From positions 14,652-78,651 of the forward strand of contig JBBSKC010000001.1 in NCBI GenBank assembly GCA_038256675.1: DNA of 64,000 bases, given 5' to 3'. Both the position numbers and the translations under genes were made by a program. Positions 25,088-33,003 of this stretch are shown one piece after another. The stretch is from Solirubrobacterales bacterium (GTDB lineage Bacteria; Actinomycetota; Thermoleophilia; Solirubrobacterales; 70-9). Numbering within the stretch: position 1 is the stretch's first letter; each line of letters begins with the position of its first letter. The notes under the pieces are model-generated. The model saw nothing but the letters and a program-made list of their open reading frames with translations, was not told the origin of the DNA and ran no database searches.

Positions 25088-25855
25088 CTAGCTCTCCTCG
25101 ATATTCGGATCTTCCGGTTCAGGCGCTGGTTGCCTGCCCATACCCCGAGCGAGGAAGATACTCAGTTCGTACAGTAATAGCAGCGGAACCATCTCGATCA
25201 GCATCGAGAGCGGGTCGACGCCGGGTAGGGCAGCGGCGATGACGGCGAGCAGCAGATACGCATACCGGCGGTTGTGCCGGAGCTGTACGACGGTCACGAT
25301 CCGCAGTTTGACCAGGGCGAGGATGATCACCGGCACCTGGAAAACGAAGCCACCGGCCAGCAGCGTGGTCGAGAAGAACGAGTAGTACTCACGAGCCCGC
25401 AACTCGGTGTTGAAGTTGTTGCCGCCGAAGTTGAGCAGGAAGTTGATCGCGGCCGGCAGGATGATGAAGTAGGCAAAGACGACGCCGCAGAGGAAAAGCA
25501 GGGGGATCGCTATGAGCAGCGGCAGGATCGCGCTTCGTTCGCGGGGCGAAAACGCGGGCAGGAGGTACGCGAACAGCTGGTAACTGATCAGGGGGGCCGA
25601 GATGATGACTGCCGAGTAGGCACAAACCGTCACCGTCGTCATGAAGGCCTCGGTCGGCGCCAGCACCTGCAGCGCCTGGTTCGCCTCCGGCAGGGGCGCC
25701 GCCGCGATGTCGAGGATCACTTCGCTCTGCCAGAAGCAGGCCGCGAAGATCAGGGCCACCGCGACCAGGGTGAAGATTATGCGTGAGCGGAGCTCGGCGA
25801 GGTGATCGACGAGGGAGAGCTGCTCTTCGTGCCGGACCGGCTTCAGCTTTGCCAA
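25088..25855 (-). CDS. tatC: Twin-arginine translocase subunit TatC
   Basis: 255 aa. LVDHLAELRSRII, six hydrophobic segments, adjacent to tatA. Confidence 0.9.
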   Translation of the reverse strand: MAKLKPVRHEEQLSLVDHLAELRSRIIFTLVAVALIFAACFWQSEVILDIAAAPLPEANQALQVLAPTEAFMTTVTVCAYSAVIISAPLISYQLFAYLLPAFSPRERSAILPLLIAIPLLFLCGVVFAYFIILPAAINFLLNFGGNNFNTELRAREYYSFFSTTLLAGGFVFQVPVIILALVKLRIVTVVQLRHNRRYAYLLLAVIAAALPGVDPLSMLIEMVPLLLLYELSIFLARGMGRQPAPEPEDPNIEES

Positions 25856-25865
25856 CCGGGGACCC

Positions 25866-26186
25866 TCAGTCTTGACGCTCGCGTACTACCTCAGCCTCGA
25901 CGTGTTCGGGTTCGTCGTCGGCCGCGCGATTCTCGTCATTGATGATCTCCGTTACCTCGGGCTCGGCGCCGGGAGGCGGAGTCAGCGCAGCCGGTTCCGT
26001 TTCATCGGAATCGTCGTCGTCATCCTCGTCTTCATCGTCCTTGCCGACCTTGTTGATGCCGTCTCGGAACTCGTTGATGCCCTTGCCCAGGGACTTGCCG
26101 AGCTCGGGCAGGCGCTTCGGCCCGAAGACAATCAGGGCAATGATCAGGACGATCGCAATTTCTAGTGGGCCGACGTTTGGAATCAT
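25866..26186 (-). CDS. tatA: Twin-arginine translocase subunit TatA/E with acidic tail
   Basis: 106 aa. GPLEIAIVLIIALIVFGPKRLPELGKSLGKGINEFR. Confidence 0.9.
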   Translation of the reverse strand: MIPNVGPLEIAIVLIIALIVFGPKRLPELGKSLGKGINEFRDGINKVGKDDEDEDDDDDSDETEPAALTPPPGAEPEVTEIINDENRAADDEPEHVEAEVVRERQD

Positions 26187-26227
26187 GGTTATCTAGAGGG
26201 TATCTACGAGGCGACCTCGCGTGCGGA

Positions 26228-26794
26228 TCAGTCCTTGAAATTCAGATAGTAACGCGATGCCGTCGGTTCGGCCTGCCCCTGGTACTTGGAGCCGTTTTCA
26301 TCGCTGCCGTAGGGGGAGTCGACGGCCTGGTCCATCCGCATGAAGGACAGCTGACCGATCGGCATTCCGTGGTAGAGCGTGATTGGCAGGTTGGCGACGT
26401 TCGAGAGCTCGAGGGTGAGGTTCCCGGAGAACCCGGCGTCGACGAACCCGGCGGTCGAGTGGATCAGGAGCCCGAGCCGGCCGAGCGAGCTCTTGCCTTC
26501 GAGCCGCGCGACCAGGTCATTCGGCAAGGTGACTTTCTCCAGAGTCTGTCCCAGCACGAATTCTCCAGGGTGGAGGATAAAAGCCTCATCCGCCCCGGGG
26601 TTGACCAGCTCGGTCAGGTCTTCCATCGGCTCCTTCACGTCGATGAAGGGGTAACGGGAGTTGTTGAAAACCCGGTATTTGGAATCGACCCGCAGATCGA
26701 CGCTCGAAGGCTGGATCAGATCGGCCTCGAAAGGATCGATCTTGATGCGGCCTGATTCGATCTCCTGGCGGATCGTTCCGTCGCTGAGGACCAT
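26228..26794 (-). CDS. dcd: dCTP deaminase (housekeeping size)
   Basis: Start at [12 protein letters not shown] (ATG at 26794) inside ORF 26228..26839. [33 protein letters not shown]. Confidence 0.9.
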   Translation of the reverse strand: MVLSDGTIRQEIESGRIKIDPFEADLIQPSSVDLRVDSKYRVFNNSRYPFIDVKEPMEDLTELVNPGADEAFILHPGEFVLGQTLEKVTLPNDLVARLEGKSSLGRLGLLIHSTAGFVDAGFSGNLTLELSNVANLPITLYHGMPIGQLSFMRMDQAVDSPYGSDENGSKYQGQAEPTASRYYLNFKD

Positions 26795-26852
26795 GGCCGG
26801 AGTATTCCAAAAAGCCCGGTCCAGTCCGGCGCGCCTCACCGGGCCGGCCGGG

Positions 26853-27833
26853 TCAGCTGTAGCGCAGGACGACGCCGTCGGCGATCAGCTCGAGCAGTTG
26901 CCGCTGCTCGTCTTCGAGTCCGGCCGGACCGAGGCCGGCTTTGGCTTCTTCGATCATGCCCATCGCGCGGGTTCTGACCTGCTCCAGCGCTCCGCTCGCG
27001 GCAATGCGGTCGCAGACCGTTTCGGCGCTGCTTTCATCCAATCCGTGCAGGTCGATCTCGAGGAGGCCGGGGTCGGTCGCGGCCGCCGCGATCAGCGGCA
27101 GGGTCACGGTACCGTCGAGCAGGTCGGTGCCCCGGGCCTTGCCGGTCCGCTCCACCGGGCCCGCGATGTCGAGGACGTCGTCGAGCATCTGGAACGCGAG
27201 GCCGATCCGATGACCGAACAGGGAGATCATGTCGGCCTGCCCCGGATCGACGGTGGAGCGACCAAGCACGCAGGCTGCCTCGAACAGGCGGCCGGTCTTG
27301 AGGCCGGAGCGCTCGAAATACTCGCTTTCGGAAAGCGCGAGGTTGAACGCGCCGCGCCGCTGCATCAACTCACCGCGGGCGAGATCGACCGCGGTCCGGC
27401 TCAGTTCCGCCACTGCGGCCTGGTCCCCGCCGTCGACCAGAACCCGGAAGGCCGAAGCGAAGAGCTGGTCACCGACCGCGGTGGCCCGGCCGGGCCCGGC
27501 GCTCGCGAAGACGGTGGGGGCGCCACGGCGGAGCGGCGCCCGGTCGAGCACGTCGTCGTGGACCAGGCTGGCCATGTGGACAAGTTCGACGGCGATACCG
27601 GCCCGGACCGCAGCAGCACCACCGTCGGGCCCGGCACAGAGCAGGACCAGCATCGGGCGCATGCGCTTGCCGCCGGCCTTGAGGGTCGAGATCGCGTCCT
27701 CGGAGAGTGCGCCTCCCCGATCGACCGCGACGGCGAGTCCGTCTTCGACCTCTTTTAGTCCCTGGGTCAGCCAGGCTCCGGCAGTGTCGGTAACCGCCGT
27801 GACCGGCTCGGGAGCCGAGCGCTCCGGGTTCAC
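26853..27833 (-). CDS. Long-chain trans-polyprenyl diphosphate synthase (menaquinone side chain)
   Basis: 326 aa. Two Asp-rich motifs LVHDDVLD and FQMLDDVLD, plus GKRMRP. GTG start overlaps the menG stop (GTGA). Confidence 0.85.
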   Translation of the reverse strand: MNPERSAPEPVTAVTDTAGAWLTQGLKEVEDGLAVAVDRGGALSEDAISTLKAGGKRMRPMLVLLCAGPDGGAAAVRAGIAVELVHMASLVHDDVLDRAPLRRGAPTVFASAGPGRATAVGDQLFASAFRVLVDGGDQAAVAELSRTAVDLARGELMQRRGAFNLALSESEYFERSGLKTGRLFEAACVLGRSTVDPGQADMISLFGHRIGLAFQMLDDVLDIAGPVERTGKARGTDLLDGTVTLPLIAAAATDPGLLEIDLHGLDESSAETVCDRIAASGALEQVRTRAMGMIEEAKAGLGPAGLEDEQRQLLELIADGVVLRYS

Positions 27834-28552
27834 TTGACCGCGGAGTGGAGGGCGATGATGCCACCGGCCATGATTGTCCAGCGGACGTGCCGGAACCCGG
27901 CACCGTCCATTCTCGAGCCTAAGCGCGCGGCATCGGGAAAGCTCCGGACCGACTCCGGCAGATACTCGTAGGCGGAGGAGTCACCCGCGACTTTGCCGAG
28001 CATCGGTACGACGCGATCGAACCAGAGTCCAAAGAAAAGGGCCAGCGGCTGTCGGCTCGGTTGGGTGATCTCGAGGATCGCCAGCCTTCCTCCCGGTTTG
28101 AGTACCCGGTGCATCTCGGCCAGGCCGCGATCGAGGTCGGCCAGGTTGCGGGCCCCGAAGGCGATGGTGACCGCATCGAACTCTTCATCCCCGTAAGGAA
28201 GCTCGAGGGCGTCCGCCCATTCGAACTCGACCTCGGTGATCCCGCGTGCCGTTGCCTTCTTGTCGGCGATCTTGAGCATCGGACGTGAGAAATCGGCACC
28301 TGTCACTTCGCCCTCGGTGCCGGTCCTCTCGGCCAGGGCAAAACTCAGGTCACCGGTTCCGCAGCAGAGGTCGAGCGCCTTCTGTCCTTCTTCCAGGCAC
28401 ACCCGGTCCGCCGCCCGCTCCCGCCAGGTCTGGTCGAGCCCCGCGGTCATCACCCGGTTCATGCGGTCGTAGACCCCGCTGATCCGGTCGAACATCGAGT
28501 TGACCTCGCCGGCGAATTGCTCGTCGCCGCGGCGGGGACGAGGTTCATTCAT
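27830..28552 (-). CDS. menG: Demethylmenaquinone methyltransferase (UbiE/MenG)
   Basis: 240 aa. VNSMFDRISGVYDRMNRVMTAGLDQTWR, SAM motif LDLCCGTGD. Confidence 0.9.
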   Translation of the reverse strand: MNEPRPRRGDEQFAGEVNSMFDRISGVYDRMNRVMTAGLDQTWRERAADRVCLEEGQKALDLCCGTGDLSFALAERTGTEGEVTGADFSRPMLKIADKKATARGITEVEFEWADALELPYGDEEFDAVTIAFGARNLADLDRGLAEMHRVLKPGGRLAILEITQPSRQPLALFFGLWFDRVVPMLGKVAGDSSAYEYLPESVRSFPDAARLGSRMDGAGFRHVRWTIMAGGIIALHSAVK

Positions 28553-28566
28553 GAGGGCTCCTCGAT

Positions 28567-29271
28567 CTAATCGAGTGACGCGAGGTAATCGGACACCGCA
28601 TTCAGATCCTCTTCCCCGAGGCCGCGGAAAGACGGCATGATGCCCGGGCCGATCTCGAGCGACTGCTTGATCGCGGCCCGCGGGACCTTGGTTCCGATTT
28701 CAGTCAGGTCTGGTCCGAGGCCGCCATGGGCCCCGTTCTCCCCGATCGCATGGCAGGCGAGACAGCCCGACTGGGCGACGATCAGCTTGCCTTGCTCGTA
28801 CTGGGGCTTGGTTTCCAGCTCGATCTCGGACGGCGATCCGGACGACGCTCCGAGGAGCGTCAGGTAAGCCATCGCGACGATGATCAGGATGCCCGTGATC
28901 GAGGCGATCGGCCGCTTCCAGGGGATGCGCTCGGCACCGCGGTCATAAAAGGGCAATGCCAGGAGCAGGACCATGCAGATCGTCGGGATGCCGATCGTCG
29001 CGAGCGGCGTCAGGGCTGGAGGCTTGATCACGCGCAGCAGCTCGAAGAGGAAGAAGAAGTACCACTCGGGTCGCGGCGTGTAAGTCGTGGTGGTCGGATC
29101 GGCCTTCGGACCCTGCTCGGCCCCCAGGAACAGCGCCATGATGATCAGGACGGCGGCGACCAGACAGAACATCACCGAGTCCTTCATGATCGCGTACGGG
29201 AAGAACGGCTTGCCCTTTTTCTTCAGCTGCTCGTACTCGCGGAGATACTCCTCTTTTTCGCGGCTGTTCAC
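28567..29271 (-). CDS. qcrC: Menaquinol-cytochrome c reductase subunit IV fused to monoheme cytochrome c (Bacillus QcrC type)
   Basis: 234 aa. PEWYFFFLFELLR (subunit IV), CLACH heme c site, distal Met context GIMPSF. Confidence 0.85.
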   Translation of the reverse strand: MNSREKEEYLREYEQLKKKGKPFFPYAIMKDSVMFCLVAAVLIIMALFLGAEQGPKADPTTTTYTPRPEWYFFFLFELLRVIKPPALTPLATIGIPTICMVLLLALPFYDRGAERIPWKRPIASITGILIIVAMAYLTLLGASSGSPSEIELETKPQYEQGKLIVAQSGCLACHAIGENGAHGGLGPDLTEIGTKVPRAAIKQSLEIGPGIMPSFRGLGEEDLNAVSDYLASLD

Positions 29272-30374
29272 GAGGGGGTCTCCTCGTCATCGACAGCATC
29301 GGTCGATTCGGAGCCGCCGCCTTCGACCGGTCCCTGATCAGTGGTCGACTCCTCCGCGGCGGGCTCGGCGGCGGGTGCTTCGGGCTCCTCCGGAGCGCTG
29401 TCGGCTTCGGTGACCTCCGCCTCGTCCGCCTCGGGGGTAGCTTCGTCCGAACCGTTGCTGACGAACCCGTTCGAAGAAACAGACACTTCATCCGAATCGG
29501 CGACTGCGACACCGGCTTCCACGGACTCGGTGCGCTGGGCACCCTTCGGGCGGGCGGCGCGGACCCAGGGCGGGGCGGTCGTACCGAGCTTGACGACCAG
29601 GAAGAGGTGGGCGCCGATCAGGGCGCCGATCAGTCCGGGCACGACCAGCATGTGCAGGGCATAGAACCGGGAAAGGGTGGTGGCCGAGAAGTCAGGCCCG
29701 GCCCTCAGGAAGTCGGCCAGGTACGGTCCGACGATCGGTCCCGAAGCGGTGATGTTGTTGGCCACGATCGTCGCCCAGAACGACCTCTGGTCGAACGGCA
29801 GCAGGTAGCCGGTGAGGCCCATAACCATGGTCAGGATCAGCAGGACGACGCCGATCACCCAGTTGAGTTCCCGGGGGTACTTGTAAGCGCCGAAGAAGAA
29901 GGTCCTCGCCATGTGCAGGAAGATCAGGATGATCATCAGGCTGGAGCCCCACTTGTGGAGACTGCGCACGAATTCGCCGAGGAAGACGTCGTTGGTCAGG
30001 TGGGTGATCGAGGCGTAGGCCTGGGTGGCCGAGGGGGTGTAGTACATCGAGAGGAAGACGCCGGTGATCGCCTGCATCGCGAAAATGAACATCGTCGCCG
30101 AACCCAGGGTGTAGAACCAGTTCGTTCCCTTGGGCACGTGGCGCGACATCATCGCGGTGAAGATGCCGGACGCGTTGGTCCGTGAATCGACCCAGCCGGC
30201 TACGTCGGCACCGGCTTCGGTGCCGTGGTGGACGGCGAGGTCCTTGTGCCCCGAGAGCTTTTCCTTTCGGGTCGGCTTGACCTCTTCTTGGGCGACTGCG
30301 CCGTTCTCACCGGGCATAGCGCCGTTCTCGGCCTGGTCGGCCTTCTTCGTGCGGGATGGGAAAGGTGACTTCAT
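29268..30374 (-). CDS. qcrB: Cytochrome b6-type subunit of menaquinol-cytochrome c reductase, with acidic C-terminal extension
   Basis: 368 aa. Four-helix cytochrome b N-terminal core (FVRSLHKWGSSLMIILIFLHMARTFF, LTGYLLPFDQRSFWA). About 100 aa Asp/Glu/Ser-rich tail. Confidence 0.85.
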   Translation of the reverse strand: MKSPFPSRTKKADQAENGAMPGENGAVAQEEVKPTRKEKLSGHKDLAVHHGTEAGADVAGWVDSRTNASGIFTAMMSRHVPKGTNWFYTLGSATMFIFAMQAITGVFLSMYYTPSATQAYASITHLTNDVFLGEFVRSLHKWGSSLMIILIFLHMARTFFFGAYKYPRELNWVIGVVLLILTMVMGLTGYLLPFDQRSFWATIVANNITASGPIVGPYLADFLRAGPDFSATTLSRFYALHMLVVPGLIGALIGAHLFLVVKLGTTAPPWVRAARPKGAQRTESVEAGVAVADSDEVSVSSNGFVSNGSDEATPEADEAEVTEADSAPEEPEAPAAEPAAEESTTDQGPVEGGGSESTDAVDDEETPS

Positions 30375-30387
30375 CGCTCAGTCACCA

Positions 30388-31062
30388 TCACGGGGGCGGG
30401 AAAGTCGTTGGCCGGGGCGGGTACAGGTACTCCCAGATGCCGCCGGTGAACTCGCCGGGATCACGGACCCGGACTGCCTTGAGCTGGTTGGTCACGCTGT
30501 AGCGCGGTCCGAGCTCGACGCGCTTATTGGTCACCCGGGTCTGGAAACGGTCGAGCGGGCGGACCGGCGGACCGCCGATGCGCTTGCCGACGAAGTCGTA
30601 GGCGCCACCGTGGCAGGGGCAGATGAAGTTCGCGGCGGCCTGTACGTAACGGACCGGGCAGCCGAGGTGGGCGCAGCGGGTCGAGATGGCGATGAACTCG
30701 GCCGGGTCTTCGCCGTACTCCTCCGAGCCCTGACGCACGTAAGCGGTCGTCTTGCCGGCCTCGCCGATTCCGAGGATCTCGGTGAAAACGACCTGCTTGT
30801 AAGTCTCGGAACCGAAGTCCTCGATCGTTCCGACCGACTCCCAGCGTTCACGGCCGCGCTGGAAGACCGGGGCGAGGGCGAACCCGACCACCGGCAGCAC
30901 GACAGCGGCCCCGGCAAGTCCTCCGAGGGCCTGGCTGGCAACGACGAAAACCTTGCGTCGGGTCATCGACTCGCCTTCGAAGTAGCCGCGAGGCTCTGCT
31001 TCTGGCAGTTTCGTGCGGGGTCGATCCTCCGCGGAGAGGTTTTTTTCTTGCGAGTCGGGCAA
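30388..31062 (-). CDS. qcrA: Rieske 2Fe-2S subunit with twin-arginine signal
   Basis: CAHLGCPV and CPCHGGAY cluster boxes. MTRRKVFVVASQALGG Tat motif. The ORF starts with TTG at 31062; ATG at 30966 (SD GAAGG upstream) is an equally plausible start. Confidence 0.85.
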   Translation of the reverse strand: MPDSQEKNLSAEDRPRTKLPEAEPRGYFEGESMTRRKVFVVASQALGGLAGAAVVLPVVGFALAPVFQRGRERWESVGTIEDFGSETYKQVVFTEILGIGEAGKTTAYVRQGSEEYGEDPAEFIAISTRCAHLGCPVRYVQAAANFICPCHGGAYDFVGKRIGGPPVRPLDRFQTRVTNKRVELGPRYSVTNQLKAVRVRDPGEFTGGIWEYLYPPRPTTFPPP

Positions 31063-31064
31063 CG

Positions 31065-31664
31065 TCAGTCAGGAAATTCTTGGAGGTTTGAGACCTTGGA
31101 GTCTATTGCCTTGCGCGCCGTATCGAACGCCCGCCCGAGACCGTGCTCGGCGGCGGCGTCCGACGACCACTCGTTCAGGGCTTCCAGCGAACCCGGTTCA
31201 CCCCGCCGGAGAGCCTCCACCAGCGCCGTTTGGGCAGGGTCGATTCCGTATGCCAAAGCCAAAAGCTGGGCTAGCCACAGTGTTTCGGCCCGGGCGGCCT
31301 CACCGATGGCCCGGAACCCCGCCGCGATCCGGATCAAATCCGACAGGATTCCTACGGATTCGGGGTCGTCGAGAGCGGCGAGGCCGGAGATGCCGATCGC
31401 ATAGAAGAGGTCGCCGGCGAGCAGTCTGAGGTCGGAGTCGGAAGCCTCGAGGACCCGGGGGGTCCCGTAGTGGCAGAGGTAACCCTCGCGCACCGCTTCG
31501 ACGACGAAGGAATACTCGGCCGCGGCGTCAGATGTTCGGGGGCCGCCGGCGGCCAGTTCCCCAAGGACCGGCGCCTCGGCCGGAGTCACGACGTGCCCGG
31601 AGAGCGGCTCGCCTTCGGTGGCAATCCGTTCCGAAAGGGCGACCAGTGCAGTGGCCGGGCTCAA
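31065..31664 (-). CDS. Hypothetical helical protein between hemL and qcrA
   Basis: C-terminal 200 codons of ORF 31065..32387. The upstream part overlaps hemL. A TTG at 31664 overlaps the hemL stop (TTGA). No motif recognised. Confidence 0.5.
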   Translation of the reverse strand: MSPATALVALSERIATEGEPLSGHVVTPAEAPVLGELAAGGPRTSDAAAEYSFVVEAVREGYLCHYGTPRVLEASDSDLRLLAGDLFYAIGISGLAALDDPESVGILSDLIRIAAGFRAIGEAARAETLWLAQLLALAYGIDPAQTALVEALRRGEPGSLEALNEWSSDAAAEHGLGRAFDTARKAIDSKVSNLQEFPD

Positions 31665-32920
31665 AGTACCTCCTCGAGCGACTCGCGCGTTGCTTCGAGC
31701 GTCTCGTCGATCGTCCCTTCGTCGTGGGCGAGCGACACGAACCAGGCCTCGAACTGGGCCGGCGGAAGGTAGATCCCGCGGTCGAGCATGGCTCGGCAGA
31801 AGGCGGCGTGAGTCTCGAGGTCGGATTTGCCCGCATCGGCGAAGTCGTGCACCGGCGAGTCGCGGAAGAACAGGGTGACCAGGCCGGGAGCGGCGGTGAC
31901 CTGTAGCGGCCGGCCGTCGGCCAGACCGCGGAGGCCGGCCACCAGCCGGTCGGTCAATACGCCGAGCCGGTCGTAGGCATCCGCGTCGAGTCGGCGCAGC
32001 GTGGCGAGTCCGGCGGCCACCGCCAGCGGATTGCCGGACAGGGTTCCCGCCTGGTAAACGTCGCCGGCCGGGGCGATGCGTTCCATGAAGCGCCGCGGAC
32101 CGCCGAAAGCCGCGGCCGGCAACCCGCCACCGACGATCTTTCCCATCACGGTCAGATCCGGCTCGATTCCATAAAGTTCCTGGGCTCCGCCGCGGGCCAC
32201 GCGGAACCCGGTGATCACTTCGTCGAAGACGAGTAACGCTCCGGTCTCGCTCGTCTTTTCCCGGAGCAATTCGAGAAATCCGTCGTCGGGTGGAACCAGG
32301 CCCATGTTGGCGGCGACCGGCTCGACCAGCAGCGCCGCGACCTCGTGCCGGTCGAGGGCGTCGACCACGGCCTGACGGTCGTTCCACGGTACGACCACGG
32401 TTCCGGCGGCCTGTGCGGCGGGAATGCCGGGACCCGAAGGTACGGCCAGGGTCGCGACGCCGGAGCCGGCATCGGCCAGCAGCCCGTCGCTGTGGCCGTG
32501 GTAGGCGCCGCTGAACTTGACCAGCACCTCCCGGCCGGTCACTGCCCGGGCCAGCCGGGCCGCACTCATCGCGGCCTCGGTTCCGGAGCTGGTCATCCGG
32601 ATCATCTCGAGCGAAGGCACCCGGCCGACGATTTCTTCGGCCAGCTCGACCTCGCCTCGGGTGGCGGCACCGAAGGTGGTGCCGCGGCCGGCGGCCTCGG
32701 TGACCGCTTCGATCACCGAGGGCTCGGCGTGCCCGAGGATCAGCGGACCCCAGGAGAAGACCCAGTCGATGTACGTGTTGCCGCCCGTATCGGTGACCCG
32801 GCAGCCCTCGCCGGATTCGATGAAGACCGGGTCCCGGCCGATCTGCCGCATCGCCCGGACCGGCGAGTTCACCCCGCCGGGCAGGACACGCTGAGCTCGC
32901 TCGAAGAGGTCCTCAGACAA
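31661..32920 (-). CDS. hemL: Glutamate-1-semialdehyde 2,1-aminomutase
   Basis: Start taken at TTG 32920 (SEDLFERAQRVLPGGVNSPVRAM) inside ORF 31661..33154. FDEVITGFR, MGKIVGGGLP (PLP Lys). Confidence 0.9.
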   Translation of the reverse strand: MSEDLFERAQRVLPGGVNSPVRAMRQIGRDPVFIESGEGCRVTDTGGNTYIDWVFSWGPLILGHAEPSVIEAVTEAAGRGTTFGAATRGEVELAEEIVGRVPSLEMIRMTSSGTEAAMSAARLARAVTGREVLVKFSGAYHGHSDGLLADAGSGVATLAVPSGPGIPAAQAAGTVVVPWNDRQAVVDALDRHEVAALLVEPVAANMGLVPPDDGFLELLREKTSETGALLVFDEVITGFRVARGGAQELYGIEPDLTVMGKIVGGGLPAAAFGGPRRFMERIAPAGDVYQAGTLSGNPLAVAAGLATLRRLDADAYDRLGVLTDRLVAGLRGLADGRPLQVTAAPGLVTLFFRDSPVHDFADAGKSDLETHAAFCRAMLDRGIYLPPAQFEAWFVSLAHDEGTIDETLEATRESLEEVL

Positions 32921-32921
32921 C

Positions 32922-32963
32922 GAACGGGTCCTGACGAGAAAACATAAGGAACGGGTCCTGACG
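32922..32963. repeat. Perfect 15-bp direct repeat (x2, 27-bp period) abutting the hemL start
   Basis: gaacgggtcctgacg at 32922-32936 and again at 32949-32963. Confidence 0.9.
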
Positions 32964-33003
32964 TCTGTCTCCACGCTCCGCGGGGAGGACAGGCGGCGAG
33001 ACC

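Noticed and set aside
26228-26794. dCTP deaminase as an antiphage nucleotide-depletion gene
   Set aside because: It is the ordinary ~188-aa Dcd with no extra kinase-like or sensor domain, and it sits in a housekeeping operon with tatA/tatC.
31065-32387. The 440-aa ORF, plus the 497-aa (31661..33154) and 436-aa (40958..42268) maximal ORFs, taken at face value
   Set aside because: Their N-terminal extensions overlap neighbouring genes (hemL, the aminotransferase) or precede canonical N-termini (HemL SEDLFERAQ, Ddl MKVALLQGG). They have the Arg-rich composition typical of off-frame high-GC DNA. Shorter internal starts were used.
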